Origin: Desulfomicrobium sp.
GTDB taxonomy: Bacteria > Desulfobacterota > Desulfovibrionia > Desulfovibrionales > Desulfomicrobiaceae
Direction: 5' to 3'
Assembly (NCBI GenBank): GCA_040768745.1
Contig: JAXGMI010000001.1
Span: forward strand, 1,376,001-1,440,000
DNA: 64,000 nt
Shown: positions 20,103 through 30,488 of the stretch, in pieces
Layout: each line of letters starts with the position of its first letter
Position numbering within the stretch: the first letter of the stretch is position 1
The notes under the pieces: model-generated
Database searches by the model: none
The model's input: the letters and a program-made list of their open reading frames with translations, nothing else
Told to the model about the DNA's origin: nothing
Translations under genes and position numbers: made by a program

Positions 20103-21506
20103 TTACGGCAAAAGCGATTTGCCGGCCTGCGCGGCGAACTCGTAGACAGGGCCCGGCAGGATGCCGAGGGCCAGGAGAAGAGCCGCGAAAAGTGTGCCAA
20201 GGGCCAGTCCGCTTTTCTTGGTTTCGAGCGCGGACGACGGGTCATGCGTGTAGGCATGGCGGACCAGGCTCAAGTAGAAGTAGATGGAGATGGCCGTGTT
20301 CAGGGCCGCGATGATGACCAGCCAGTCGTAGCCTCTGCCCCAGGTCGCGGTGAGCAGGAAGAGCTTGCCCATGAACCCCGCCGTGGGCGGCAGCCCGACC
20401 AGGGAGAATGCGGCCACTGCCAGGACAAAGGCGAAGACCGGGCTGCGCTGGTGCAGACCGTCCAAGTCCGAATAGCGGATGTTCCGGCCGTCCTTGGACA
20501 GATGGCAGACGACCCAGAAGCAGGTCAGGTTCATGAGGATGTAGACCAGCGCGTAGAACGAGGCCGAGGCCAGTCCCTCGGCGGTCCCGGCCACGAGGCC
20601 GATGGTGACGTATCCGGCGTGGGCGATGGAGGAGTAGCCGAGCATGCGCTTCACGTCGTCCTGGACCAGGGCCGAGAGGTTGCCGAAGGTCATGGACACT
20701 GCGCCCAGGATGGCCAGGATGGTCATGCCGGGCTGGCCCGGCACCAGAAGGGAGGACAGACGGACCAGGATGACCACGGCCCCGAGCTTGGGCAGGGTCG
20801 CGGCGTAGGCCGCAGTCTCGTTGCTCGTGCCCTGGTAGACGTCCGGGCACCAGAAGTGGAAGGGGAACAGGGCCAGCTTGTACATGAACCCGGCCATGAA
20901 CATGATCAGGCCGACCAGGGCGCCGGGGTTGGTGGCGAAGTCCCACGGCTTGGTCGTGAGCTCCGCGAGGAAGGTCGTGTGCTGGGACGCGGTGATGTAG
21001 GCGAACCCGTACAGGGAGACCGCCGTGGCCGCCGCCCCGAAGAGCACGTACTTGATCCCGGCCTCGGCCGCACGCTTGTCTCCAGCCCGTAGGGGGATCA
21101 GGGCGTAGAGGGCGTAGGAGGAGATCTCCAGGGAGATGTAGATGGTCATGAGTTCAACGGAGCTGGCCAGCAGCATCAAACCCCATGCCGACAGGCACAG
21201 CAGCATGGAATAATCCGCGCGTACTTCGTCCTTCAGCGTCGCCTGGCCTCTGGAGTTCGTCACCGCGATGAACAGCCCTAGGGCCACGGCCATTTTCATG
21301 AATTGGGACAGGGGATCCACCTGGTAGGTGCCACCGAAAAGCAGTGCCGACTGGCCGAGGCTCGCCCCCGCCCCGGCCAGGACGGCCAGGCAGCCGGCAG
21401 GAAGCCAGGCCCCGGCCACATCCTTCCCCGGCTTGGCGACCACGAGGAGGAAAATCAGGACGATCAGCCCCAGAAGCAGGATTTCAGGGAGAAGCGCGAG
21501 GATCAT
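20103..21506 (-). CDS. nuoN: NADH-quinone oxidoreductase subunit N-like
   Basis: EAGIKY, KLALFPFHFWCPDVYQG, KRMLGYSSIAHAG. Confidence 0.9.
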   Translation of the reverse strand: MILALLPEILLLGLIVLIFLLVVAKPGKDVAGAWLPAGCLAVLAGAGASLGQSALLFGGTYQVDPLSQFMKMAVALGLFIAVTNSRGQATLKDEVRADYSMLLCLSAWGLMLLASSVELMTIYISLEISSYALYALIPLRAGDKRAAEAGIKYVLFGAAATAVSLYGFAYITASQHTTFLAELTTKPWDFATNPGALVGLIMFMAGFMYKLALFPFHFWCPDVYQGTSNETAAYAATLPKLGAVVILVRLSSLLVPGQPGMTILAILGAVSMTFGNLSALVQDDVKRMLGYSSIAHAGYVTIGLVAGTAEGLASASFYALVYILMNLTCFWVVCHLSKDGRNIRYSDLDGLHQRSPVFAFVLAVAAFSLVGLPPTAGFMGKLFLLTATWGRGYDWLVIIAALNTAISIYFYLSLVRHAYTHDPSSALETKKSGLALGTLFAALLLALGILPGPVYEFAAQAGKSLLP

Positions 21507-23038
21507 TGGTTTGCCTCCTTGCCGTTCATCACCGGGGTATGGGCCAGGTTGATAGGCCTGGCGGTAGCTGCGTACTCGGTCCTGGCCGAGAAATCCTTGA
21601 GCAGTTTGTCGATGGACGGGTCCATGACCTTGAGCGTCATGGTCGGGGCCAGGCCGATGTAGAGCACGAAAACCGCCAGTGGCGCTAGGTAGATCCATTC
21701 ACGCGGGCACAGGTCGGTGAATGTGGCGCCTCTGCTCGGTTCGCCCCAGGCCAGCTTCTGCAGCAGGCGCAACATGTAGGCCGCGGCGAGCATGGCGCCA
21801 GGGATGGCCAAGCCGCCGACGAGGAGGCTCTCCTGGAACGCGCCGACCAGGACCAGGGCCTCGCCCACGAAGGAGTTGGTGCCCGGGAAGCCCAGGGAGG
21901 ACAGGGAGAAGAGCCCGAAGAAGAACATATAGGCCGGCAGGTATTTGCCCAGGCCCATGTTTTCGCTGATCTCGCGGCTGTGGCTGCGCTCGTAGGCCGC
22001 GCCGACGAGCATGAAGAGGCCGCCGGTGGTGATGCCGTGATTGAGCATCTGCATGACCGCCCCTTCCACGCCGCGCTGGCTGAAAAGGAAGATGCCCAGG
22101 GTCACGAAGCCCATGTGCCCCACGGACGAGTAGGCGATGAGCTTCTTCATGTCCTTCTGCCCGAGGGCGATGATCCCGCCGTAGAGGATGGAGGCCAGGG
22201 ACAGGGCGATCATGAGCGGGGCGAAAGTCACGCAGGCGTCTGGGGTCAGAGGCATGCAGAAGCGCAGGAACCCGTACGTGCCCATCTTCAGGAGCACCGA
22301 GGCCAGCAGGACCGACCCCGCCGTGGGGGCCTCGACGTGGGCGGCCGGGAGCCAGGTGTGGAAGGGGAACATGGGGCACTTGATGGCGAAGGCCAGGACC
22401 ATGGCCAGGAAGGCCCAGAACTGCAGCCTGGGGCTGAAGGTTTTGGTCATCAGTTCCGGGATGGAGAACGTGCCCCCGGCGGAGTAGAAGGCGATGATGG
22501 CCACCAGCAGGAGCGTCGACCCCGCCAGGGTGTAGAGGAAGAACTTGATGGACGCGTAGCGCTTGTTCGGGCCGCCCCAGACCGCGATGAGCAGGTACAT
22601 GGGCACGAGCATGGCTTCCCAGAAGAGGTAGAAGAGCACGAAGTCCAGGGCCGCGAAGACGCCGACGCAGGCCGAGGTCATGAGCAGCAGGACGATGTGG
22701 AACTCCTTGATGCGCCGGGAGATGTAGTGCCAGGAACAGAGCACGCACAGCGGCAGGAGGGCCACGGTCAGCAGGATCATGAGCAGGCTGATGCCGTCGA
22801 TGCCCAGATGGTAGGTCAAACCCCACTGCGGCACCCAGGATGCCTTCTCCACGAACTGGAACCCGCCCGAGGCGAGATCGAAACTCGCCAGCGGGAGCGC
22901 CAACGCAATCTCCGCCAGCCCGGCGGCCAGGGTCAGCCTGCGGACGGCCTCCTCGCCCTTCACCATCAGCAGCGCCAGGGACGCCGCCAGGGGGAAGAAG
23001 ATGAGCGCGCTCAGGACCGGAAAGGATGATGCTGTCAT
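21503..23038 (-). CDS. nuoM: NADH-quinone oxidoreductase subunit M-like
   Basis: FWEAMLVPM, PFHTWLPAAHVEAPT, KKLIAYSSVGHMG. Confidence 0.9.
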   Translation of the reverse strand: MTASSFPVLSALIFFPLAASLALLMVKGEEAVRRLTLAAGLAEIALALPLASFDLASGGFQFVEKASWVPQWGLTYHLGIDGISLLMILLTVALLPLCVLCSWHYISRRIKEFHIVLLLMTSACVGVFAALDFVLFYLFWEAMLVPMYLLIAVWGGPNKRYASIKFFLYTLAGSTLLLVAIIAFYSAGGTFSIPELMTKTFSPRLQFWAFLAMVLAFAIKCPMFPFHTWLPAAHVEAPTAGSVLLASVLLKMGTYGFLRFCMPLTPDACVTFAPLMIALSLASILYGGIIALGQKDMKKLIAYSSVGHMGFVTLGIFLFSQRGVEGAVMQMLNHGITTGGLFMLVGAAYERSHSREISENMGLGKYLPAYMFFFGLFSLSSLGFPGTNSFVGEALVLVGAFQESLLVGGLAIPGAMLAAAYMLRLLQKLAWGEPSRGATFTDLCPREWIYLAPLAVFVLYIGLAPTMTLKVMDPSIDKLLKDFSARTEYAATARPINLAHTPVMNGKEANQ

Positions 23039-23057
23039 GTTAGTCCTCGTGTGCAGG

Positions 23058-24836
23058 TTAGCGGAGCAGGGTGAAGAGCATCGCCGCGGCGCCAATGCCG
23101 AAGGCCAGGATCACGGCGCCGCCGATGTAGTCCTGCAACTTGCCGTTGACCGTCGATGCGGCGTGGCGTCCGATGCCGCGCACTCCCAGGGCGCTGCCGT
23201 CCAGGATGCCGTCGATGACGAGCTGGTCGCAGTAGTTGGCCTCCTTGGCGCGTTCCAGGAGGCCGCCCAGGCCGACCTTCCGGTAGATTTCGCTCCACCA
23301 GGCGTCGACCACGGCGAAGGGGTACTGGCAGAAGAACAGGAAGATCCTGCCGATCCAGATGTAGAAGAACTCGAAGTCCAGATTCTGCTTGGCCGCCGGG
23401 GTGAGGCGCCCCACCATGAGGGAGAAGCCCAGGCCCGTGAAACCGAGCAGGATGGAGATCTGCAGCACGTGCCACGGCGTGTAGGGCACGTAGTCGGCCT
23501 CGAAGGGCAGCAGCGAGTACAGCAGGTGCGGCTGGACGCCGATGATGAAGCACAATGCCGCGCCCAGGCCCATGGCCACGTACATGTTGGCCGGGATGGG
23601 GGTGATGGGCCGGGTCATGTCGTCGGGCTTGGCGTAGAAGGCGAAGTACGGGAGCTTCAAACCGACGGACAGGAAGGTGCCGATGGAGGCCAGCTCCAGC
23701 CCCAGCGCCAGCCAGGTGCGGTGCGCCTCGGCCGCCCCGGCGATGACCATGGTCTTGGACACGAAGCCCGAGAAGAGCGGCATGCCCGAGATGGACACGG
23801 CCGCGACCATGTACAGCACGAAGACCCAGGGCAGGCGGCGGACCAGGCCGCCGAGCTCCGAGAGCTTGGCCGTGCCCGTGGCGTAGAGCAGGGCGCCCGT
23901 GGTCATGAACAGGAGGCCCTTGTAGATGATGTGGGCGTAGGCGTGGGCGCAGGCGCCGTTCAAGGTCAGCTGGGAGGCAATGCCGATGCCGGCGACCATG
24001 TATCCGACCTGCGAGACGATGTGATAGGACAGGATGCGCCGGGCGTTGTTCTCGATGGTGGCGTAGCAGACGCCGTAGATGGCCATGATGGTCCCGCCGA
24101 TGGCCAGGACCTCGAAGCCGGAGAAGCCGCGCAGCAGGACATACACGGCCGTCTTGGTCGTGTAGGCCGACATGAACACAGCACCCGTGATGGTCGCCCG
24201 GGGGTAGGCGTCGGGCAGCCATGCGTGCAGGGGCACGACGGCTGCGTTGACGCAGAAGCCGGTCAGGATGAGGTAGTCGTACCACTGCGCGGCGCCGGGG
24301 GCGATGGCTTCGAAGGCGAAGCTGCCGGTGGCCTGGTGCCGGATCAGCATGCCCGCCAGGAGCATGAGCCCGCCCAGGGTATGGAACAGGAAGTAGCGGA
24401 AGCCCGCCGCCGTCGAACGCGGGGCGCGGTTCAGCCAGATGAGCATGGTCGAGGCGATGCTCATCAGCTCCCAGAAGAGGAACAGGGTCAGGTAGTCGCC
24501 GGCGAAGACGCAGCCGAAGCCGCCCGCCACGTACAGGTTGGCGGCCACGTGCTGGGCCCTGTCCCTGAGGTGCAGGGCATAGATGAAGCCGATCACGGCC
24601 TGGATGGCGAAGACGTGGGCGAAGACGATGGACAGCGTGTCCACCCTGCCCGTGGTCAGGGTCTGTCCGAGGTACTGCATGACCCCGTGCGTGCCCGTCG
24701 GCATGGTCAGCACCGCCGCGACGGCCATGAGGGCGGGGATGGGCAGGAGCCAGCGGTATTTGTCCGTCCTGATGAGCGGGATGAGCAGCGCCGCCATCAG
24801 GAAGGGGACGGAGGGGTGCTGGAAGCTAGCGGTCAT
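23058..24836 (-). CDS. Antiporter-like membrane subunit (Mrp D / NuoL-type family)
   Basis: FWELMS, PLHAWLPDAYP, RRILSYHIVSQVG; many TM helices. Confidence 0.8.
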   Translation of the reverse strand: MTASFQHPSVPFLMAALLIPLIRTDKYRWLLPIPALMAVAAVLTMPTGTHGVMQYLGQTLTTGRVDTLSIVFAHVFAIQAVIGFIYALHLRDRAQHVAANLYVAGGFGCVFAGDYLTLFLFWELMSIASTMLIWLNRAPRSTAAGFRYFLFHTLGGLMLLAGMLIRHQATGSFAFEAIAPGAAQWYDYLILTGFCVNAAVVPLHAWLPDAYPRATITGAVFMSAYTTKTAVYVLLRGFSGFEVLAIGGTIMAIYGVCYATIENNARRILSYHIVSQVGYMVAGIGIASQLTLNGACAHAYAHIIYKGLLFMTTGALLYATGTAKLSELGGLVRRLPWVFVLYMVAAVSISGMPLFSGFVSKTMVIAGAAEAHRTWLALGLELASIGTFLSVGLKLPYFAFYAKPDDMTRPITPIPANMYVAMGLGAALCFIIGVQPHLLYSLLPFEADYVPYTPWHVLQISILLGFTGLGFSLMVGRLTPAAKQNLDFEFFYIWIGRIFLFFCQYPFAVVDAWWSEIYRKVGLGGLLERAKEANYCDQLVIDGILDGSALGVRGIGRHAASTVNGKLQDYIGGAVILAFGIGAAAMLFTLLR

Positions 24837-25086
24837 AGTAGCCCTCCTTCTTGCCCAGGAAGGTGTGGGCGGCCCCCTTGCAGATCCGGACCATGGCCAC
24901 CGTGGCGACCAGCGCGAACACGGCCCAGTAGCCGGGCTTTCCCTCACCCGGGAAGTGCGGGTGATGCGGGTAGATGAGGACGTTCAGCCCGACCAGAAGG
25001 ACCATGATCCCGTACATGACCTTTTTCCAGAAGCCGGGGTTCTGCCGGGCCCTGCCCAGGAGTTCGCCAAGAGTGCTTGTTTCCAC
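24826..25086 (-). CDS. Small membrane protein of the Nuo/Mrp operon (86 aa)
   Basis: GGAGG RBS, GTG start, two hydrophobic segments, ends KKEGYYDR overlapping the next gene. Confidence 0.7.
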   Translation of the reverse strand: METSTLGELLGRARQNPGFWKKVMYGIMVLLVGLNVLIYPHHPHFPGEGKPGYWAVFALVATVAMVRICKGAAHTFLGKKEGYYDR

Positions 25087-25088
25087 GG

Positions 25089-26567
25089 CTAGCCTCCGAA
25101 CTTGGTGAAGACGTTGATGAAGCTGAAGAAGATCTGCGGGAAGAAGCCCAGCAGCACGCTGATCACGGCCGTGATGGTCAGGGGGATGACCATGGTCATG
25201 GGCGCCTCGGCGCAGTGGTCGTAGTCCACCGCGGGGCTGGGCGCCATGAAGAAGGCCCGGTAGATGATGGGCGTGAAGTAGCCGGCGTTCAGGATCGTGC
25301 TGCCCAGGAGCGCGCAGAGGATGATGACCTGGTGGGCCTGCATGGCCCCGTTGATCAGGTACCACTTGGAGACGAACCCGCAGACCGGCGGCATGCCGAT
25401 CATGGACAGGGCGGCCAGGGAGAACATGGCGAAGGTGATGGGCATCTTGCGCCCGAACCCGCCCATGAGGCTGATCTTCTTGTGGTGCGTGGCCACGTAG
25501 ATGGCGCCGGCGCCGAAGAAGAGCGTGATCTTGGAGAAGGCGTGGTGCGCGATGTGGGCCAGGCCGCCGGTGACGGCGTCGGGGGTGAGCATGGTCACGC
25601 CGATGATGACGTAGGACAGCTGGCTGACGGTGGAGTAGGCCAGCCGGGCCTTCAGGTCGTCCTTGGTCAGGGCGATGACCGAGGCCACCACGATGGTGAA
25701 GGCGGCCAGGTAGGCCGTGGGGATGCCCAGGTTCAAGGCGTTCATGGTTTCCAGGCCGAAGCCGGACAGGATGATCCGGCTGACGGAGAAGACGCCCGCC
25801 TTGACCACCGCCACCGCATGCAGCAGGGCCGAAACCGGCGTGGGCGCGACCATGGCCGAGGGCAGCCAGTTGTGGAAGGGCATGAGGGCCGCCTTGGCGA
25901 GACCTGCGATGTAGAGCACGTAGGTCAGCTGCACAAGGAAGGGGTCTGCGTTGGCCGGGAAGATGCCCTTGACCACGTCCCCGAGCTGGAAGTCGAGGGT
26001 CCCGCAGATCACGTAGGTAAGGACCATGGCCGGGAGCAGGAAGAGCTTCGACGTGCCCATGAGGTAGACCATGTACTTGCGCGCGCCGCTATAGGCTTCT
26101 TCATCCTGATGGTGTGCGACCAGCGGGTAGGTGAAGATGGAGATGACCTCGTAGAAGAGGTAGAGCGTGAAGATGTTCGCGCTCATGGCCACGCCCACCG
26201 CGCCGAAGATGGCGATGGCGAAGCAGAAGTAGTAGCGTGTCTGGGCGTGTTCGTTCAGGCCGCGCATGTAGCCGATGTTGTAGCTCGTGGCCAGGAACCA
26301 CAGGAAGCTGGCCACGATGCCGAAGATCATGGTCAGTCCGTCGGCGCAGAGCTTGACGGTGATGCCCGGCAGGATGGTGAACGCGGTCAGGGTCTTGATC
26401 TCGCCGCCGAGCACGCCCGGGACGAGGGAGAGCATGAAGCCGAAGGTCATGGCCGCGGCGACGAAGGAGACCGCTTCGCGGGTGTTCGGGGTTTTGCGGA
26501 ATACCCAAATGCCCAGAGGGGCGAGGCCCGTGACGATGAGGGGGATGAGGAGTGCCGGTGTGTCCAT
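25089..26567 (-). CDS. Monovalent cation/H+ antiporter subunit D family protein
   Basis: FYEVIS, PFHNWLPSAMVAPTPVSALLHAVAVVKAG, KARLAYSTVSQLS. Confidence 0.85.
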   Translation of the reverse strand: MDTPALLIPLIVTGLAPLGIWVFRKTPNTREAVSFVAAAMTFGFMLSLVPGVLGGEIKTLTAFTILPGITVKLCADGLTMIFGIVASFLWFLATSYNIGYMRGLNEHAQTRYYFCFAIAIFGAVGVAMSANIFTLYLFYEVISIFTYPLVAHHQDEEAYSGARKYMVYLMGTSKLFLLPAMVLTYVICGTLDFQLGDVVKGIFPANADPFLVQLTYVLYIAGLAKAALMPFHNWLPSAMVAPTPVSALLHAVAVVKAGVFSVSRIILSGFGLETMNALNLGIPTAYLAAFTIVVASVIALTKDDLKARLAYSTVSQLSYVIIGVTMLTPDAVTGGLAHIAHHAFSKITLFFGAGAIYVATHHKKISLMGGFGRKMPITFAMFSLAALSMIGMPPVCGFVSKWYLINGAMQAHQVIILCALLGSTILNAGYFTPIIYRAFFMAPSPAVDYDHCAEAPMTMVIPLTITAVISVLLGFFPQIFFSFINVFTKFGG

Positions 26568-26876
26568 TTAGTCCCTCAGTGTGGCGATGGTGTCGGTTTC
26601 CACGGAGCCGAAGCGCCGCAGCACAACCAGGATGATGGCCAGGACCAGGGTCGCCTCGGCTGCGGCCAGCCCCATGATCAGAAGCGACGAGAGCTGGCCG
26701 AGGACGTCGTCGGCCGGGGTCAGCTTGGCCGAGGCGACGATGGACAGGCCCGCGCCGTTCAGGAGCAGTTCGACGCTGATGAGCATGCCCACGAGGGTCT
26801 TGCGCTGGACGAGGCCGAAAAGGCCCAGGCCCAGGAGCGCAAGCCCCGCCAGATGAAAGAGAAAGAGCGAGTTCAT
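26568..26876 (-). CDS. nuoK: NuoK-like subunit
   Basis: SVELLLNGA, LAAAEA. Confidence 0.9.
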   Translation of the reverse strand: MNSLFLFHLAGLALLGLGLFGLVQRKTLVGMLISVELLLNGAGLSIVASAKLTPADDVLGQLSSLLIMGLAAAEATLVLAIILVVLRRFGSVETDTIATLRD

Positions 26877-27376
26877 GCCTCCTCCCTCCGTTTGAAGCCC
26901 AGCAGCACGGCTCCGGCCATGGCCACCAGGAGCACCACGGAAATGAGCTCGAAGGCCAGCCCGTAGGTGCCCAGGAGCCCCTGCCCCAGTTCCTTGATGC
27001 CCGTTTCGGCGGGCACGTCCACGGTCTGCTTGAAGGCCCTGAGGCAGACCGCCCCCAGCAGGACCACCGGAGTGGCCGCGGCCACGAAGGCCAGGGGTCT
27101 GCGCCGGGACGTGGCCCGCTCCTCGCCGCCCGCCGGCGGGCGGGTCAGCATGATGGCGAAGAAGATGAGCACGCTGATGGCCCCGACGTAGATGAGCAGC
27201 TGCATGAGGCCCACGAAGGGGGCGTTCATGAGGAAATACATGCCGGCGACGCCGAACATGGCCGCCACCAGACCGATCAGGGCCCGGACTAGGTTCGGGT
27301 TGGTCACGGCCACAAACCCGCCGCCGACGATGATGGCCAGGTACAGGACGTAGGCGAGAAATGCGAGTGTTTCCAT
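26873..27376 (-). CDS. nuoJ: NuoJ-like subunit
   Basis: QLLIYVGAISVL, FELISVVLLVAMAGA. Confidence 0.9.
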   Translation of the reverse strand: METLAFLAYVLYLAIIVGGGFVAVTNPNLVRALIGLVAAMFGVAGMYFLMNAPFVGLMQLLIYVGAISVLIFFAIMLTRPPAGGEERATSRRRPLAFVAAATPVVLLGAVCLRAFKQTVDVPAETGIKELGQGLLGTYGLAFELISVVLLVAMAGAVLLGFKRREEA

Positions 27377-27378
27377 AA

Positions 27379-27888
27379 TCATTCCGCCTTTTTGACGTGT
27401 TTTGGCAGCCGTGAGCGCAGCCGGGCGACGAGGTCGAACTGGAAATCCTGCCGCGAATACCCCGCGATGTTGATGTTCTGCGAGAAGCGAATCGCGTTTG
27501 CGGGGCAGGACATCACGCATTGCCCGCACAGGGAGCAGAGGGTGAAGTCCAGCCGGAAGGTCTCGGGGTCCTTGGGCGCCTTGGGCTTGACGCCCTGCTC
27601 GACTTCCTCGGGCGTGGGCGCGGGGGCCTTTTTCTTGGTCACGGTGATGCAGCCCGAGGGGCAGGCCTTGGCGCACGTGCCGCAGGAGATGCAGCGCGGG
27701 GTCAGGGAATCGTTGTCCTCGGGAATCAGTTCGATGTGGCCCCGAAACGTCGCCAGGTTGTCCACTTCCTGACGGGGATAGTGGATGGTTACGTTGGGCT
27801 GCAGGAAGTATTTCCCGGTGATGTTCAGGCCGACGACGAGGGACCACATGCCCCGGGCCGCGCGCTTGATTTCTTCGAGTCTGTACAC
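27379..27888 (-). CDS. nuoI: NuoI-like 2x[4Fe-4S] subunit
   Basis: TIHYP, CISCGTCAKACP, CSLCGQCVMSCP. Confidence 0.9.
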   Translation of the reverse strand: MYRLEEIKRAARGMWSLVVGLNITGKYFLQPNVTIHYPRQEVDNLATFRGHIELIPEDNDSLTPRCISCGTCAKACPSGCITVTKKKAPAPTPEEVEQGVKPKAPKDPETFRLDFTLCSLCGQCVMSCPANAIRFSQNINIAGYSRQDFQFDLVARLRSRLPKHVKKAE

Positions 27889-27898
27889 GCGACGCCTC

Positions 27899-28861
27899 CT
27901 AGAGTTTGACGATGATGGTGACGTACACCAGGTTCACGAGGGCCAGGGGTACGAGCCACCGCCAGCACAGGTTCAGGAGCTGGTCGAAGCGCACCCGGGG
28001 ATAGGTCCAGCGGATCTGGATGATCAAAAAGATAAGGGCATACATCTTGAGCAGGAACCACCACCAGCCGGGGGCGAAAGGGCCGTTCCAGCCGCCCAGG
28101 AAGAGCACGGTGGCCACGGAGCAGACCACGACCATGTTGGCGTACTCGGCCATGAAGAAGAGACCGAAGCCCATGCCCGAGTATTCGGTGTGGAAGCCCG
28201 CGGTCAGTTCGCTCTCGGCCTCGGGGAGGTCGAAGGGTGCGCGGTTGGTCTCGGCCAGGGCGCAGATGAAGTAGATGATGAAGCCCAGCGGGTTGAGGAG
28301 GGCGTTCCACTGCCAGGGCAGGGCGCCCTGGCCGGCGGAGATGGTGGCCAGATCAAGGCTGCCGGTCATGAAGGCGACCGAGAGCACGGACAAGAGCAGG
28401 GGGATCTCGTAGGCCACGTTCTGGGCCACGGAGCGGGCCGCGCCCAGGAGGCTCCACTTGTTGTTGGAGCCCCAGCCGGCCAGGCACAGCGAAAGCACGC
28501 CGAACCCGGCGAAGGCCAGGATGAGCACGATGCCCAGGTCGAGCTTCAGGGCCACGAGGTTCGGGCCGAAGGGGATGGGCAGCATGCACAGGGCCACGGG
28601 CATGAAGCACATGATGGGCGCCAGCCAGAAGATGACCGGGTCGGCGTCCTTGGGAGTGGTCAGCTGTTTGCCCATGAGCTTGAGACCGTCCACCAGGGGT
28701 TGGAGTATGCCGTGGGGGCCCACTTCGTAGGGGCCGGGACGGCGCTGGACATGGCCGGCGATTTTCCGCTCGGCGTAGACCAGGGCCAGGGCGTTCAGGG
28801 CCACGAAGACCAGGATGCCCACCAGTGCCACGAGGATGCGCAGGAGTTGCGGGTCGATCAT
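27899..28861 (-). CDS. nuoH: NuoH-like subunit
   Basis: ERKIAGHVQRRPGP, AETNRAPFDLPEAESEL, PRVRFDQL. Confidence 0.93.
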   Translation of the reverse strand: MIDPQLLRILVALVGILVFVALNALALVYAERKIAGHVQRRPGPYEVGPHGILQPLVDGLKLMGKQLTTPKDADPVIFWLAPIMCFMPVALCMLPIPFGPNLVALKLDLGIVLILAFAGFGVLSLCLAGWGSNNKWSLLGAARSVAQNVAYEIPLLLSVLSVAFMTGSLDLATISAGQGALPWQWNALLNPLGFIIYFICALAETNRAPFDLPEAESELTAGFHTEYSGMGFGLFFMAEYANMVVVCSVATVLFLGGWNGPFAPGWWWFLLKMYALIFLIIQIRWTYPRVRFDQLLNLCWRWLVPLALVNLVYVTIIVKL

Positions 28862-30015
28862 CGGTCAATCTCCGGGATGACAAGATCGAGGCTGCCCAGG
28901 ATGGATACGGCGTCCGCCAGGAGCGTCCCCTGGCTCAGTTCCGCGAAAAGACTCAGGTTGGAGAAGCTCGGGGCGCGCAGCTTGACGCGGTAGGGGCTTC
29001 CGCTGCCGTTGCTCTGCAGGTAGCAGCCGATCTTGCCCCGCGCTCCTTCCACGGCAAAGAAGACCTCGCCGGCCGGGACTTTCGGCTTCTTGGGCATTTT
29101 GGCCTGGATGTCGCCGGCAGGGATCTGGGCCACGGCCTGCTCGACGATGTTGAGGCTCTGTTCGAGTTCCTGCATGCGCACCAGGTAACGGCCCAGGGCG
29201 TCGGTGCGATCGCTGGTCGGGACGACGAAGTCCAACCCGGGATACACGGAATAGGGTTCGGCCCGGCGCACGTCGTAGGCCACGCCGCTGCCGCGCAGGA
29301 CCGGGCCCGTGGCGCCGTAGCGCACGGCCATGTCCACGGGGATGTGTCCGATGTCCTCGACCCGGCCGAGCAGGATAAAGTTGTCCGTGACCAGGGACTT
29401 GTACATGGGCAGACGGTCGCGCAGCCGCGCGATGAAGCGCGTGATGCGCTCCTTGAGCGCGTCGCTCATGTCGGTGACCACACCCCCAAAGGTGAAAGAC
29501 GCGTAGGTCAGGCGGGAGCCGGTCAGGTCCTGGAGGATGTCCAGGAGCTCCTCGCGGTCGTCGAATGCGTAGAGGATGGGGGTGAAGGCGCCCAGGTCCA
29601 GCAGGTAGGCACCCCACCAGAGCAGGTGCGAGGAGATGCGGTTCAGTTCGCAGGTGATGACGCGCAGGTATTCGGCGCGCGGGGAGGGAGGCGTTTCTCC
29701 GAGCTTCTCCACCGCGCCCACGAAGGCCCAGTTCCAGGCCAACGCGTGCAGGTAGTCCACCCGGCCCATGTTGGTGATGAACTGAGCGTAGGTTTTCCCT
29801 TCTGCCATTTTCTCGTGCATGCGGTGGATGTATCCGAGCACGGGGTCGGCGCGCAGAATGTACTCGCCGTCAATCTCCAGCATGACCCGCAGGACGCCGT
29901 GGGTCGAAGGGTGCTGGGGACCCATGTTCAGGATGAGGGAGTTGTCCTGCTTCCCCTGCTCGAAGTGCTGCGTATAGAATCCGCGCTCGGCGATCTGTTC
30001 CTTGGTGAACATCAT
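28858..30015 (-). CDS. nuoD: NuoD-like subunit without NiFe-binding CxxC motifs
   Basis: NMGPQHPSTHGVLR, RVDYLH, GPVLRGSGV, C-terminal DLVIPEIDR. Confidence 0.93.
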   Translation of the reverse strand: MMFTKEQIAERGFYTQHFEQGKQDNSLILNMGPQHPSTHGVLRVMLEIDGEYILRADPVLGYIHRMHEKMAEGKTYAQFITNMGRVDYLHALAWNWAFVGAVEKLGETPPSPRAEYLRVITCELNRISSHLLWWGAYLLDLGAFTPILYAFDDREELLDILQDLTGSRLTYASFTFGGVVTDMSDALKERITRFIARLRDRLPMYKSLVTDNFILLGRVEDIGHIPVDMAVRYGATGPVLRGSGVAYDVRRAEPYSVYPGLDFVVPTSDRTDALGRYLVRMQELEQSLNIVEQAVAQIPAGDIQAKMPKKPKVPAGEVFFAVEGARGKIGCYLQSNGSGSPYRVKLRAPSFSNLSLFAELSQGTLLADAVSILGSLDLVIPEIDR

Positions 30016-30488
30016 GCCTCCTCCAGGGTTGCCGGAGCCTGGGCCCAGGGGAAGATCGTGGTCAGGGGGACCTTGTTCCCGTCCTGCTTTTTGAGCGGCG
30101 GCGTCTGGGCGTCGGGCGGCAGGAGCAGGGGGATGAGGTTGGGGTGCCCGGCGAAGGCCGTGCCGAAAAAGTCGCAGCACTCCCGTTCGTGCCAGTCGGC
30201 CCCGGGAAAGATGTCGGCGATGGAGTCGAAGGAGTTGTCGGCGCTCAAAGCCATGCAGCAGATGCGCCCGGGGCGGTCGAAGTGGTCGTAGTGATAGAGC
30301 ACCAGGGTGCCTTCCTGCACTTCGGACACGGTCACGTCTTCGAGGTGATAGCCCTTCCCGCGACAGAGTCTGGCGGCTTCGCGAACCTGGTCCGGCGGGA
30401 GCAGGACGGAAAAGGTCAGGCCCGTCTTGAGTGGGTCCTGGGCGGCGGTGAAGAGGCAGGGGAGGTCTTGAAGGAAATGCGCGCTCAT
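30012..30488 (-). CDS. nuoC: NuoC-like subunit
   Basis: [22 protein letters not shown]. Confidence 0.9.
   Translation of the reverse strand: MSAHFLQDLPCLFTAAQDPLKTGLTFSVLLPPDQVREAARLCRGKGYHLEDVTVSEVQEGTLVLYHYDHFDRPGRICCMALSADNSFDSIADIFPGADWHERECCDFFGTAFAGHPNLIPLLLPPDAQTPPLKKQDGNKVPLTTIFPWAQAPATLEEA

Noticed and set aside
23001..26966. Long plus-strand ORFs (658 aa, 629 aa) and similar antisense ORFs elsewhere (e.g. 9304-10698, 13724-15058, 35493-36809, 57076-58395)
   Set aside because: Antisense shadows of high-GC genes; no motifs, and they fully overlap well-supported genes.
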